DNA from: Dehalococcoidia bacterium
Lineage (GTDB): Bacteria > Chloroflexota > Dehalococcoidia > Lucifugimonadales > UBA1123
Assembly (NCBI GenBank): GCA_965232905.1
Contig: OZ247432.1
Span: forward strand, 95,668-159,667
DNA: 64,000 nt
Direction of reading: 5' to 3'
Positions 43,614 through 54,062 of the stretch are shown piece after piece (the first letter of the stretch is position 1; every line of letters begins with the position of its first letter). The notes beneath the pieces are model-generated. The model ran no database searches. It was given only the letters and a program-made list of their open reading frames with translations, and was not told the DNA's origin. The position numbers and the translations under genes are program-made.

Positions 43614-44528
43614 GTGTACCTGGTTAGATTCATACTGATGTGTGCAGACGCCGTGAACGAATTTCTCGGCAAGAACTGCCAGTATATTGCGGGCGCCATC
43701 GCTTTCTACACGCTGTTCTCGATGTTTCCACTCGTACTCGCGATGGTCTCCATCTGGGGTTTCTTCTTTCCCCTCGAGGTGGAACGCGCGACCATGGCGG
43801 AGCAGATGGCAGAGATCATCCCTGTCTCCTCGGACTTCATTGGCGAGACGATGCGGGGTGTGGTGTCTGCGAGGACCATAACCGGGGTCGCAGCGGTGTT
43901 TGCCCTGATATGGGCGTCCTCTGCAGCGTTCGGAGCGATTCGCAAGGGCATCAACGCGGCGTGGGGCGTCACAAGGACCAGGCCATTTATCAGGGAGAGG
44001 CTCATCGACCTGGGACTGGCCTCGGGCGCCGGGATCCTGATGGTCTTCCTGCTGTTCGTGACGCCAATGGTCGGCACAATTCAGTATCTGGTAAAGACCG
44101 CATTCCCAGATGTTACGTATGAACTAATAGGTAATCTAATCACTGTGGTCGCCTCGCCAATGATCACATTTGGGACTCTGCTGCTGCTGTACAAACATCT
44201 GCCGAACACCGATGTAACCTTCAGGGACGTCTGGATGGGCGCCCTGGTCGCCTCACTGGCAATAGATGGAGCTACCTGGGGTTTCATCTGGTACGTAAAT
44301 ACATTCCCCACGTACAACGTGGTTTACGGCCCAATAGGTGCAATCATGGCCCTGCTGAGCTGGGTGTACGTCTCGGCAATCATCCTGCTGTTTGGCGCCC
44401 TGGCCACTTCCAGGTATGCGCAACGTGTGGACCAGATGGGTGGGGAAGTGCGCGGACTGAGATTGCTGTGGACAGGAGTCTCGCGAGTCAGGATGAGGGC
44501 ATGGGATTCCGGTGAAGTCGGGGCGTAG
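43614..44528 (+). CDS. YihY/BrkB-family membrane protein
   Basis: 304 aa. AGAIAFYTLFSMFPLVLAM and 6 TM helices are typical of the family. Confidence 0.75.
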   Translation: MYLVRFILMCADAVNEFLGKNCQYIAGAIAFYTLFSMFPLVLAMVSIWGFFFPLEVERATMAEQMAEIIPVSSDFIGETMRGVVSARTITGVAAVFALIWASSAAFGAIRKGINAAWGVTRTRPFIRERLIDLGLASGAGILMVFLLFVTPMVGTIQYLVKTAFPDVTYELIGNLITVVASPMITFGTLLLLYKHLPNTDVTFRDVWMGALVASLAIDGATWGFIWYVNTFPTYNVVYGPIGAIMALLSWVYVSAIILLFGALATSRYAQRVDQMGGEVRGLRLLWTGVSRVRMRAWDSGEVGA

Positions 44529-44541
44529 CTGGGCATGGCCC

Positions 44542-45651
44542 ATGGCGGCAGCCTTGTCGACCTGCGTGCTTGCACTGGCGTGCGGATTCTCTTCACCCGC
44601 ACCGGCTGCTACTCCGACGCCCACGCCGACTGAAGTGCCGCCAACGGTTGCCCCCGCTGCGCCGCTTCCTCCTCAGTCACAGGCCGGACCCAGCACCAAC
44701 GGCTATCAGGGCCCACCTGGAATAATGCAACTGCCCTCGATCGCCGACCTTGTAACCAGTGTCCAACCTTCCGTGGTCTCGATATTTGTCGAGTCAGTCA
44801 ACCAGGGGCTATTCTTCGACTTCACGGACCAGGGAGCCGGCTCTGGGGTGGTTGTCAGGTCGGACGGGTACGTCGTCACGAACTTCCACGTAATCCATGA
44901 CGTCGTTGGCATCAAGGTCCACCTGCCGGACGGTAGGACCTACGACGCACAGGTCGTGGGTTGGGATATCGTCACAGACCTCGCAGTTCTGAAGATCGAA
45001 GCTGAAGATGCTCTTCCCGTGATCGACTGGGGCGATTCAGATGACATTAGGGTCGGTGACTGGGTAGTCGCTGTGGGCAACGCCCTTGCCCTTAAGGGAG
45101 GACCCACGGTCACCCTGGGAATCGTAAGCGCGCGTGGGCGCACGGTTCGGACGGAAAGGGAGCCGCTCTACGACATGATCCAGACCGACGCGGCCATCAA
45201 TGACGGCAATAGCGGCGGGCCACTCGTGGACATGGACGGCGATGTCATCGGCATCAGCACCGCCGTGGAGCGGCGCGCCCAGGGAATAGGGTTCGCGATA
45301 AGCTCTGAGACGGCGCTTCCGATCATCGACAGCCTTATAGAGCATGGGCGTGTGGTCAGGCCGCTGATGGGGATGAACGGAGAAGACGTTACGGCTGCCA
45401 TAGCCAACAGACTCGACCTGAACGTGGATGAAGGCGTGGTGATTACCCGAATCTCGAGGGCAGGCCCAGCGTTCAATGCGGGTCTCCAGGTGGGCGACGT
45501 GGTTGTCAGCATGGACGGGATACCAACCTCAGATATGGGTGGGTTCCTCACGCTCCTGTGGAGCTACGAAGTAGGAGATTCCGTCCAGGTCAACTACATG
45601 CGGGACAACAAGCAGTTCGAGACATCAGTGGACTTGGTCGAGCGCCCGTAA
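44542..45651 (+). CDS. HtrA/DegP-family serine protease with one PDZ domain
   Basis: The ATG 44542 start gives MAAALSTCVLALACGF (lipobox), then a PT-rich tether. Catalytic blocks are VTNFHVI, DLAVLKI and GNSGGPLVDMDGDVIGI. The GTG at 44512 is an alternative start. Confidence 0.88.
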   Translation: MAAALSTCVLALACGFSSPAPAATPTPTPTEVPPTVAPAAPLPPQSQAGPSTNGYQGPPGIMQLPSIADLVTSVQPSVVSIFVESVNQGLFFDFTDQGAGSGVVVRSDGYVVTNFHVIHDVVGIKVHLPDGRTYDAQVVGWDIVTDLAVLKIEAEDALPVIDWGDSDDIRVGDWVVAVGNALALKGGPTVTLGIVSARGRTVRTEREPLYDMIQTDAAINDGNSGGPLVDMDGDVIGISTAVERRAQGIGFAISSETALPIIDSLIEHGRVVRPLMGMNGEDVTAAIANRLDLNVDEGVVITRISRAGPAFNAGLQVGDVVVSMDGIPTSDMGGFLTLLWSYEVGDSVQVNYMRDNKQFETSVDLVERP

Positions 45652-45680
45652 GAAGACTTCCCCGACGTTAGGTAGTCTCG

Positions 45681-46820
45681 TCAGTACTCCTGGAAGAGTC
45701 GTCCCCACGGCGTCTTCATCGCCTCTTCCACACGCTTCCTGCCGACCACCTTCAGCCAGTAAGCGTTGTGGTACAGGTTCGATGCAGCGTACGCCCAAGG
45801 CGTGATGAAAGACCTCAGCAGGATGTTCTCCAGGGACTTAAGAGGTCCCCAGTAGATCAGCTTCTGGCCACGGCTTGCGAAAGTATTCTCAGCGGCGCTG
45901 AAGCCCCAGTTCACCTCTTCGATGTCTGATCCAACCAACTCGATCTCATCGAACCTGCCACTTCCGAGTCCATGCTCGTCGGCGATTCGAATGAAAGGTA
46001 TCGACATGGGGTCGAAGCCCATCAGCTTCGCTGAAACCGCATCGATCGCGACCTGGTCGGCTGATGCAAGAATCACGTTCTTGGTGTGCCAGCGCATGGC
46101 GCGAGGACCGGGTCCATCACCTGCGAATGTGCCGTCGGTAACGGCGAAGATGCCGGGGTGTATCTCCTTCTGAATTCTCAGCAAGTCGACAAGCGTCTCG
46201 TGAATCACGGAGTGCGTCCAGTGTCGCTGGTAGTTCAGCAGGCCGCCAAAGGCGTTCTTCATCGCGCCTGTCATGGTGGTGAACACATGGGTCTTGACCG
46301 TCGGGAGATGCACGATGTTCTTGTCCATCAGCATCCGCGGGATCTGGAAGCCGTTTGGGTAGACCTTGTCGAGGACCAGCATGGGGGATTTCGGCACGAA
46401 GTCCACCCACTCCACATCCTCCAGGAATACCGAATCTAGCCCGTGACTCTCCGTTACTGCCTCGTGCTTGTTGTTGGCCGCCCCCTCCCTCGGGTCGACG
46501 ACCACCGTTCCGTTGTGGACAGGGGTAAGGCGGTCGTAGCCCGCCGCCGTGAGGCCGCGAATCACGCCGTCGAGCTGCCAGGGAGACGAAGAGCAGGCAG
46601 GGTAGTAGTGCTGCCAGGAGATGTTGATCTTGAGCAGGGTCTCTATGCCCGGTGGGAGGGCGGACCGGACGCCCGCCAGCTCCATCGCGTGCTGTATGTC
46701 GTCGAGCACCGTTTCCGGGCTGGTGTATACGACGGCGACCCTGGATCTGTTCAGGGTCGCCGAAGACTGGGCCGATGACGCAGCCCTTTCAGGTCTTTCC
46801 GATGGAGTGTGAGTGGCCAA
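45681..46820 (-). CDS. DUF362-domain protein
   Basis: 379 aa. HLPTVKTHVFTTMTGAMKNAFGGLL and AIDAVSAKLMGFDP are typical DUF362 blocks. Confidence 0.7.
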   Translation of the reverse strand: MATHTPSERPERAASSAQSSATLNRSRVAVVYTSPETVLDDIQHAMELAGVRSALPPGIETLLKINISWQHYYPACSSSPWQLDGVIRGLTAAGYDRLTPVHNGTVVVDPREGAANNKHEAVTESHGLDSVFLEDVEWVDFVPKSPMLVLDKVYPNGFQIPRMLMDKNIVHLPTVKTHVFTTMTGAMKNAFGGLLNYQRHWTHSVIHETLVDLLRIQKEIHPGIFAVTDGTFAGDGPGPRAMRWHTKNVILASADQVAIDAVSAKLMGFDPMSIPFIRIADEHGLGSGRFDEIELVGSDIEEVNWGFSAAENTFASRGQKLIYWGPLKSLENILLRSFITPWAYAASNLYHNAYWLKVVGRKRVEEAMKTPWGRLFQEY

Positions 46821-46831
46821 GGACTCGTTAC

Positions 46832-48370
46832 CTATTCAAGGAAGTCCTTGAGCTTCTTCGAGCGGTTGGGATGCCTGAGCTTCCTGAGAGCCTTCGCCTC
46901 GATCTGCCTAATACGCTCCCTTGTGACACCGAAGTCGCGTCCAACCTCTTCCAACGTGCGTGCGCGGCCGTCTTCCAGCCCGAACCTCAACTGGAGGACC
47001 TGTGCCTCTCTGTCGCTCAGGGTGTAGAGAACGTCATCCACCTGCTCCCTGAGGAGCTGGTACGAGGCCGCCTCGGCAGGGGCCAGTGCTGTGGTGTCCT
47101 CGATGAAGTCGCCCAGGTGGCTGTCTTCTTCCTCGCCGATCGGCGTATTGAGGGACACCGGCTCCTGGGATATCTTGAGGATCTCCCTGACCCTGTCGGC
47201 TGGGATTTCCATGCCCTTGCCGATCTCCTCGCTAGTAGGCTCACGGCCATATTCCTGCACGAGTCGACGGGTGACCCTCAGGAGCTTGTTGATGGTCTCA
47301 ACCATGTGGACCGGGATGCGGATCGTACGGGCCTGATCGGCAATCGCGCGAGTAATGGCCTGCCTGATCCACCATGTGGCGTAGGTTGAGAACTTGTAAC
47401 CCTTGCGATAGTCAAACTTCTCGACGGCGCGAATCAGCCCGATGTTGCCCTCCTGGATCAGGTCCAGCAGTGACATTCCACGTCCGATGTACTTCTTGGC
47501 GACGCTGACCACCAGCCTCAGGTTTGCTTCGGCAAGGTGACGCTGCGAGCGGTCGCTCGTGTCCTTGGCCATCTCGATGTGATGGTAGAAGACGATCTCG
47601 TAAGACTCGAGTGCACCGTTAAACTCGGGCGTACCGACGACGTTAGACATGTCTCTGATGTTGAAGTCGGACTTAAGCGCTTCCAGTACCGACGTTGGTA
47701 GGAGTCGGCTGCTGAGCGAGAATACCTGCAGCTGCTCTTTGGCAACGTCAGGGTCGGTGTTCAACGCGTCAGCCAGGAAGTTCACTACTTCCTGGGGAAG
47801 CTCGCCGTCGAGCGCGTCTCGAATGTCGGGGTGCGCAATCGTCTCAGAGAGACGGCCAGAGTATGGGATTGCGTGATACCTGGCGATGGCGCTGGCGACC
47901 TCGTGATGGGCAGCGATGTACTGGAGGAAGTGGGCAACGATCATCCAGGCTCGCGGCTGCCTGCCGTCAGGGGCCGACAGCATCTCCTCGACCTTGTCGA
48001 TATGCCTTCCCTCTTCGAAGTGGCGGGCGAGTTCCCGCTCCTCGGCGGCCTTGAGAAGGTTGACCCTGCCGATTTCGCGAAGGTACATACGGACCGGGTC
48101 GTCGATCATCTCAACGTTGCCCATGTCCTTTTCCCACTCTGCGGGAGCGGCAGTGGTGTTGCTGTCCGCTCGCCGTTGGGCCGCCCCGTTTCGCGAGGCC
48201 CGCATGGCGTCGTACACACCTTCTGAGCGCTCCGGCGACAGGTCCTCACCTGTCCTGAACCCGTCCTCGGTCGAGCGGGTGGTGCTGATCAGGTCTGCTG
48301 TGGTCGAGACCTCTGATACGAGCCCTCGGAATACATCGTCGCCGCTGTCGGTGCTGATGCTTCTGTTCAT
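46832..48370 (-). CDS. rpoD: primary RNA polymerase sigma factor
   Basis: 512 aa. [66 protein letters not shown], and region 4.2 [17 protein letters not shown]. Confidence 0.95.
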   Translation of the reverse strand: MNRSISTDSGDDVFRGLVSEVSTTADLISTTRSTEDGFRTGEDLSPERSEGVYDAMRASRNGAAQRRADSNTTAAPAEWEKDMGNVEMIDDPVRMYLREIGRVNLLKAAEERELARHFEEGRHIDKVEEMLSAPDGRQPRAWMIVAHFLQYIAAHHEVASAIARYHAIPYSGRLSETIAHPDIRDALDGELPQEVVNFLADALNTDPDVAKEQLQVFSLSSRLLPTSVLEALKSDFNIRDMSNVVGTPEFNGALESYEIVFYHHIEMAKDTSDRSQRHLAEANLRLVVSVAKKYIGRGMSLLDLIQEGNIGLIRAVEKFDYRKGYKFSTYATWWIRQAITRAIADQARTIRIPVHMVETINKLLRVTRRLVQEYGREPTSEEIGKGMEIPADRVREILKISQEPVSLNTPIGEEEDSHLGDFIEDTTALAPAEAASYQLLREQVDDVLYTLSDREAQVLQLRFGLEDGRARTLEEVGRDFGVTRERIRQIEAKALRKLRHPNRSKKLKDFLE

Positions 48371-48458
48371 ATAGGCAACCCCACTGTATGTGACTTATAT
48401 CCGGTCGGCCAATTCTAAACGCGGTACTTCACTCGAGTCCTTGAATGGTTTTCTTGGA

Positions 48459-50270
48459 TTAGCTGGACCGTACATTCTGTAGTTCCCGGAGTCTCTGGTT
48501 GATCTGCTGTACCTGGGGCTCCAACTCTCTTTGTGGAGCCACTGCGGGAGTATCTGTCTGTACGATACTCAATTGGAGTTCCTGGAAGTGTCTTTTCGCT
48601 AGGCGATTAAGGCATTGCTTTCGGATAGATTCGCGTTCTATTGACGACATTGGAGGGAGTTCAATCTGTTCCAGCCGAACTAGGAGACCGCCCAAAACGG
48701 AATCCAGTCCCTCCTTGAGTGTCGCAATTGTAGGGTAGGTCAGCATCGAGGTAAACAGTTGGCGGTTTTCCGTGTGACGGAAGATTTGAGGATCGGTGCC
48801 TCGTACGTCCTCCAGTAGGTTCGGATTCTGAACCAGAAGGGCCAGAACGTACTCCTCGACAGGCTCGACCTTCTCCTCGGTGAGGAGATTTGGGCTGACT
48901 TCGACACCTGCGCCGACATCCTCTCGGCCCGTCTCTCGCTGCCGGCGACCGCCCTGGCTTCGCTGGGTCCCCAGTGACGCTCTCAAGGTGTCGAGAGGAA
49001 CATTGAGCTGGTCTGCCAGCTTGTTCCAGTACTCGTACTGGTCCATCTCGTCTAGTTGGTTTATCAGGCGGGCGAGCTCGCGGGCGATGTTCGCCCTGCT
49101 GTCGGGGATGGACAGATCGGTTCGTTTCACAAGTGCTGGAATCACGAAGTCCAGAAGTGGCTGTGCGCCGGCTACGGTCTCTTCCCACCTCTTGGAGTCG
49201 TTTCTAATGAGCGCGTCAGGATCCTGGCCCTCAGGAAGCTCGGCAATCTTCAGTTCGGGAGGCCTGTACTGGCTCAGCACGCTCTGGCTTGCGGGACTGC
49301 GTCTGCCCACTGCGCTGCGGAATACTCGCCAGGACGATTCAAGACTTCGAAGCGTGGCCTCCTGGCCGGCGGCGTCCGGGTCGAGGGCGAGCACATAGCT
49401 CTGCGCGAGGGTTCGCAGCTGTGCCACCTGGTTCTCGGTGAGGGCAGTACCCATCGAGGCTACAACATTCGTGAAGCCGTGCTCATGCGCCGCGATGGCG
49501 TCCATGTAGCCTTCGACGATCACAGCCGTACCGGACTGACGAATGGTGGAAGAGGCCATGTGCAGAGCGTAGAGCGTGTTCCGTTTGTCGAATGCCTCAG
49601 TCGCCGCGGTGTTGATATACTTGGGATTCGAATCGTCCAGCGCACGCGCTCCGAATCCGATGACATTCCCGTCACGGTCGCAGATCGGGAACATCAGACG
49701 GCCCCGGAAGAAGTCGTAAGGTCGGCCGTCGTCTGTCTGTCTGACCAGCCCTGCTCCAAGGGCAGCCTCACGAGTGACCCCGAATGTCTTGAAGTGCTGG
49801 ACTAGGCCGTCCCACGAGTCGGGGCTGAGTCCGAGCTGGAACTTGTTCCGAGCCTCCTTGCTAACGCCTCGTTCGTCCAGGTAGTCCCGGGCTGACTTTC
49901 CCAGTGCCGACTCTAGAGTCTGCTGGTAAAACTCCGCTGCTGCGTTGTTGGCGCTCTGCGCAGCGTTAAAAGCCGAGCGGTCTCGACTGGGCTGAAGCTC
50001 GACGCCTGCCTTCTGGGCGAGCGTTCTCAACGCGTCCCGGAATTCCATGTTCTCGGCGCGCATGACGAAGCTGAAGATGTCCCCGCCAACGGCACATGCG
50101 CCGAAGCATCGCCAGCTCTGTCTCTCAGGACTGACGACGAAAGACGGTGTCCGCTCCGTGTGGAACGGGCAGTTCGCCTTCAGCGTCCTCCCGGACTGCT
50201 GGAACGTAACGTAGGGAGCGACAACTTCGACTATGTCGAGCTTCGCCCGTATGTCGTCTATGACACTCAT
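48459..50270 (-). CDS. dnaG: DNA primase
   Basis: 603 aa. CHC2 zinc finger [25 protein letters not shown], and a TOPRIM block [11 protein letters not shown]. Its ATG overlaps the stop of the upstream small ORF (ATGA). Confidence 0.95.
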   Translation of the reverse strand: [603 protein letters not shown]

Positions 50271-50638
50271 CTATCGATGTCGGCCTCAGCCTGTTCGTAC
50301 GCGTACCGCGTGATCTCGCTCAGAGGTTCGCGAACGCCCTTCATGTGCCATGCAATGTGGTCGATGGTGGAGCTCAGGTCAACCAGTGTGTCGCCGATCT
50401 CGTCCCAATCGTCGTCGACCTTGAGGAACGCCCGAAACTGATCAACGAGGGAGTTCTGCGCGCTCCAGAGGTCGCCGAGGTCGGTGCAAACCTGGGCGAG
50501 CTGTTCATCCAGCTCATCGGGCAGGCCCATCTCCTTCAGCTTGATTACGACGCTGTGCGCCATGACGGACGCGCGCCGGGCCTGATCGAGACCCGGGTCT
50601 CGATCGAGGTGCTTATCGAGGTTAACTTCTGAGTCCAA
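50267..50638 (-). CDS. hypothetical acidic helical protein, translationally coupled to dnaG
   Basis: 123 aa. TTG start preceded by GGAAAGG 7 nt upstream. The stop overlaps the dnaG ATG by 4 nt. No recognisable family. Confidence 0.6.
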   Translation of the reverse strand: MDSEVNLDKHLDRDPGLDQARRASVMAHSVVIKLKEMGLPDELDEQLAQVCTDLGDLWSAQNSLVDQFRAFLKVDDDWDEIGDTLVDLSSTIDHIAWHMKGVREPLSEITRYAYEQAEADIDR

Positions 50639-50663
50639 ATGCTGGCCTTTCCGTTTGGCAGGT

Positions 50664-50918
50664 TCAGTTGAGTCCGACGGCGTAGTGGGTAATGTAGGTC
50701 ATCCACAGGTCGCGGACGGACTCCAGGGCTGCGGGTTGGAACTCGGGATCAAGTTCGTTCACGTTCTCGAACACACCCTTCCACAGTTCGTCCACCTCCG
50801 CCTTCCAGGGGGCGTACTCAAGGCCGTGAGCGTCGCGCTGCATCGCCTCAAGGTGCTCTTTTATCATCCTGACACGGTTGCCCACCGTGCGTACCCTTAT
50901 GCGGTCTTGTGGAGTCAA
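50664..50918 (-). CDS. hypothetical small protein between dgt and dnaG
   Basis: 84 aa. TTG start 2 nt after the dgt stop. An alternative ATG at 50867 would give 67 aa. Helical-looking with no recognisable family. Confidence 0.45.
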   Translation of the reverse strand: MTPQDRIRVRTVGNRVRMIKEHLEAMQRDAHGLEYAPWKAEVDELWKGVFENVNELDPEFQPAALESVRDLWMTYITHYAVGLN

Positions 50919-50920
50919 GT

Positions 50921-52075
50921 TTATGTCCGCTCCTTGAAGGGCCGGGTTATTTCGGGATCGATACTCTCGGCGACTCTCATCGCGTAGTGGTCGGTCATCC
51001 CGGAGATGAAGTCTACGACTGCTTCGTCCTCGGATCGGCTGCGGTTGTCGTACTCGGGTGGAATCTCATCGCGGCTGTTATCGAAGTGGGAGTACAACAG
51101 CCTCATGATTTCACGAGCAGCCACTCCCTGTTGCGACCTGTCAGTGGGGAGATAGACCTCGTCGAACATGAACTCGCGAAGAGTGTAGAAGGCGCCCCTG
51201 ACCTCGTCGCCCATGGATATCACGGGAGCTTCGCTTTCGGGTATGTCGTCAGCACCTGAAGCTGACCACGAAGCTGCAATGATGTCTGAGACCATTGTGT
51301 TGATGCGCTCAGCGTGGGTCTTGCCCAGCACTTCAGCCACCTGACCCGGGAGTCGGTTTTGCGTAAGCACCCCGGCGCGGAAGGCGTCTGCGAGGTCGTG
51401 GTTCAGGTATGCCACCGCGTCTGAGAGACGGCAGATTTGTCCCTCCAGGCTCAGGTCCTCAACCGATTCGACCCCTAGAAAGTCACCTCTCGGCTTCGAG
51501 TGGCGCAGGATGCCCTGGCGGACTTCCCACGTGAGGTTGAGGCCTTGCCCCTCTTTCTCCAGCCGGTCGACTATCCTGAGGCTCTGCTCGCTGTGCCGGT
51601 AACCGCCGTGGTACAGGGCGTTGAGCTCGTCTTCGCCGACATGACCGAATGGCGTGTGGCCTAGGTCGTGCCCCGTGGCGATCGCCTCGGTGAGGTCTTC
51701 GTTAAGGTTCAACGCCCTCGCGATGGTCCTCGCGATCTGGGCAACTTCAAGCGTGTGCGTCAGCCTCGTGGCGTAGTGGTCTCCCAAAGGGGCGATGAAG
51801 ACCTGTGTCTTGTGCTTCAGCCTGCGAAAGGCCTTCGTATGCAGAATGCGGTCTCGGTCGCGCTGGTACTCCGACCGCATTGGAGAGGCAGTCTCAGGCG
51901 TCCTGCGGCCCCTGCTGGTGGCCGACCTCTGGGCAAATGGTGAGAGGCGGCTTTCTCGTTCATCCAGGCGCGAAGCTATCGCGTCCGAAATGTGAGAGGG
52001 CAGTCTGTGGGTGATTGCAGTCCGCGTCGAGATAGGTTCGGGCCTCCCATAGTGACCGAGAGGTTGCAACACCAC
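50921..52075 (-). CDS. dgt: dGTP triphosphohydrolase-like HD-domain protein
   Basis: 384 aa. YQRDRDRILHTKAFRRLKHKTQVF and RLTHTLEVAQIAR...GHDLGHTPFGH are HD motifs. Confidence 0.88.
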   Translation of the reverse strand: MVLQPLGHYGRPEPISTRTAITHRLPSHISDAIASRLDERESRLSPFAQRSATSRGRRTPETASPMRSEYQRDRDRILHTKAFRRLKHKTQVFIAPLGDHYATRLTHTLEVAQIARTIARALNLNEDLTEAIATGHDLGHTPFGHVGEDELNALYHGGYRHSEQSLRIVDRLEKEGQGLNLTWEVRQGILRHSKPRGDFLGVESVEDLSLEGQICRLSDAVAYLNHDLADAFRAGVLTQNRLPGQVAEVLGKTHAERINTMVSDIIAASWSASGADDIPESEAPVISMGDEVRGAFYTLREFMFDEVYLPTDRSQQGVAAREIMRLLYSHFDNSRDEIPPEYDNRSRSEDEAVVDFISGMTDHYAMRVAESIDPEITRPFKERT

Positions 52076-52091
52076 CTCGATCCGATGCCGT

Positions 52092-52118
52092 ATTTTAGCA
52101 TAGGCGTCAAAATGTCAA
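52092..52118 (-). promoter_or_regulatory. candidate promoter of the dgt-dnaG-rpoD operon
   Basis: The minus strand reads TTGACA (52118..52113), a 15-nt spacer, TGc, then TAAAAT (52097..52092). That is a perfect -35 and an extended -10-like TGn. The spacer is short and the leader would be only about 10 nt. Confidence 0.35.
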
Positions 52119-52184
52119 GCTATGTGTCCCGACCCGTGTTTTCGGACACATCTGTTGCACCGCGACCACGCTACGCCACCGGAC

Positions 52185-53081
52185 CTATTCGCCGCTTATC
52201 TTCACCCCTGCCATATCCTCGATGAAGTTGGCTATTGCCGAGTGGTCGGCATTGCCCTTGCCCTCATTCATTAGAGAGACGATCATCTGCTGGACGAGTG
52301 ACGTCACTGGCAGTCCTACGCCGAGCTCCTTGCCGGTCTGGATCGCGTTGTTGAGGTCCTTGTTGTGGAGGGCTATCCTGAATCCCGGCTCGAAGTTGCC
52401 TTCGATCATCATGGGCCCCTTCGCGTTGAGGACGGTAGAGCCGGCGAGACCGCCCCTGATCGCCTCGAACACCGTGTTGGGGTCAAGTCCGGCCTTCCTG
52501 GCAAGTGTCAGAGCCTCTCCAACTGCCTCTATGTTCGCCGCAACGATGATCTGGTTCGCGAGCTTCGTGGTGTTGCCAGCCCCGTAGTCGCCGCAGAGTA
52601 CGATGCTGGAACCCACCGCTTCGAGCAGCCCCATGTGGGCATCGAACACTTCCTTCTTGCCGCCGACCATGATCGCCAGTGTGGCTGATATGGCTCCCGG
52701 CTCACCACCGGATACGGGCGCATCAAGGAATTCAACGCCCTGCGCTTCGCAGGCGGCTGCAATCTTCTGGGAGCTCGCGGGCGCGATGGAGCTCATGTCG
52801 ATGACCACCGAACCCTCAGTGGCGCCTTCGAGAACTCCGTTGGGTCCAAGTATGGCCGCTTCGGAGTCGGCCGAGTCAGGGACCATTGTGATTACGGTCG
52901 GAGACGATGCGGCTACCTCAGCCGATGAGGATGCTGGCCTGGCGCCGTCGCTGACTATCTCCTCGACTGCCGTGCCGACCACGTCGTAAACCGTAAGCGA
53001 GTATCCGGCCTTCATTAGATTGCGGGCCATGGGCCTGCCCATGATGCCCAGTCCGATGAATCCCACGTCGCCGCTTGGCAT
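52185..53081 (-). CDS. NAD(P)-dependent beta-hydroxyacid dehydrogenase (2-hydroxy-3-oxopropionate / 3-hydroxyisobutyrate reductase family)
   Basis: 298 aa. N-terminal GFIGLGIMGRPMARNL Rossmann motif, DAPVSGG, and KDLNNA. Confidence 0.88.
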   Translation of the reverse strand: MPSGDVGFIGLGIMGRPMARNLMKAGYSLTVYDVVGTAVEEIVSDGARPASSSAEVAASSPTVITMVPDSADSEAAILGPNGVLEGATEGSVVIDMSSIAPASSQKIAAACEAQGVEFLDAPVSGGEPGAISATLAIMVGGKKEVFDAHMGLLEAVGSSIVLCGDYGAGNTTKLANQIIVAANIEAVGEALTLARKAGLDPNTVFEAIRGGLAGSTVLNAKGPMMIEGNFEPGFRIALHNKDLNNAIQTGKELGVGLPVTSLVQQMIVSLMNEGKGNADHSAIANFIEDMAGVKISGE

Positions 53082-53278
53082 GTTGATCTCCTTCCATCAG
53101 TTCGAGTTGAGGGTGCATTGTGTTAAGTCACTTGTGACTGGCTGAAAGGTTAATCCGTACCATGTTGCCGGTCAAGTAGAGGTATGTGTCGGGGATTGAC
53201 TGCCCAAACTGTCCTAGCTACCATTCGTATGCTTTCTCAGGTTTAGCTACGGCCTAATCATCACGGTCAGCGGGGACT

Positions 53279-53599
53279 ATGAGCAACGAAATTCCAGGTT
53301 GGCCCCGGGTTCAGCAGCTTCTGCACGACATCATGGGCCGGTGGGAGCGCAAGGAGGGCCGTAAGGGGCTTCCGGGCATCCACGAGTATGAGTGGGCGAC
53401 TCCAGCCGATCTCGCCAACGACGAGGCGATGGGCATGAAGTTTATCGAGCCAGGCACACCGGCTGAGGAGACGGCGCTGATCATCTCCCTACGCAAGGGC
53501 TTCGGCTCCATCCCAAGAATGCCAATGGGCGGTCCGTTTATAAAGGCGGATGAGATCGACGAGATTTCCCGCTGGATCGACGCCGGGATGCCGGAATAG
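53279..53599 (+). CDS. hypothetical protein, first gene of the nitrile-hydratase-family operon
   Basis: 106 aa with no recognised motif. The stop lies 1 nt before the next ATG. Confidence 0.55.
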   Translation: MSNEIPGWPRVQQLLHDIMGRWERKEGRKGLPGIHEYEWATPADLANDEAMGMKFIEPGTPAEETALIISLRKGFGSIPRMPMGGPFIKADEIDEISRWIDAGMPE

Positions 53600-53600
53600 G

Positions 53601-54044
53601 ATGTCCAACTTGGACGACAGGCCCAGCAGCAGCGTCAGCCTAACTTGGCAGAACGGGTTCAGGTTCGGCTCCACAGACTCCCACGGTCACACCCTCACTC
53701 TCGACGCCCCGCAATCGGAGGGTGACTCGTTCGAGGGATTCATGCCAGGGGACATGCTGCTCACGGCTCTTGCGGGCTGCAGCGGTATAGACATCGTCAA
53801 CATCCTCAGTAGGCAGCGCCAGCAGGTTATGGGCCTGGAAATCAGCGTGAACGGACGTCAGAATCCCGATCCCCCGTGGGCGTGGGAAGACGTCTCGATT
53901 CACTACACACTTCGAGGAAGCGACCTGAACCCACGCCTTGTGGAGCGGGCAATCGATCTGTCTGAGAACAGGTACTGCTCAATTGGGGCCACCATAGGCG
54001 GTGTGACCCGGGTGAGCAGTACCTTTGAAATAGTAGAAGGCTAA
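53601..54044 (+). CDS. OsmC/Ohr-family protein
   Basis: Start moved to ATG 53601. MPGDMLLTALAGCSGIDIV ... ENRYCSIGATI contains the two conserved Cys of OsmC-type peroxiredoxins. Confidence 0.8.
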   Translation: MSNLDDRPSSSVSLTWQNGFRFGSTDSHGHTLTLDAPQSEGDSFEGFMPGDMLLTALAGCSGIDIVNILSRQRQQVMGLEISVNGRQNPDPPWAWEDVSIHYTLRGSDLNPRLVERAIDLSENRYCSIGATIGGVTRVSSTFEIVEG

Positions 54045-54062
54045 TTGACAAAGGAGCAATCT

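Noticed and set aside
52122-52151. Hairpin ATGTGTCC/GGACACAT (8 bp, 14-nt loop) downstream of the beta-hydroxyacid dehydrogenase gene.
   Set aside because: The stem is AU-rich with a large loop and no immediate U-tract, so it is weak as an intrinsic terminator.
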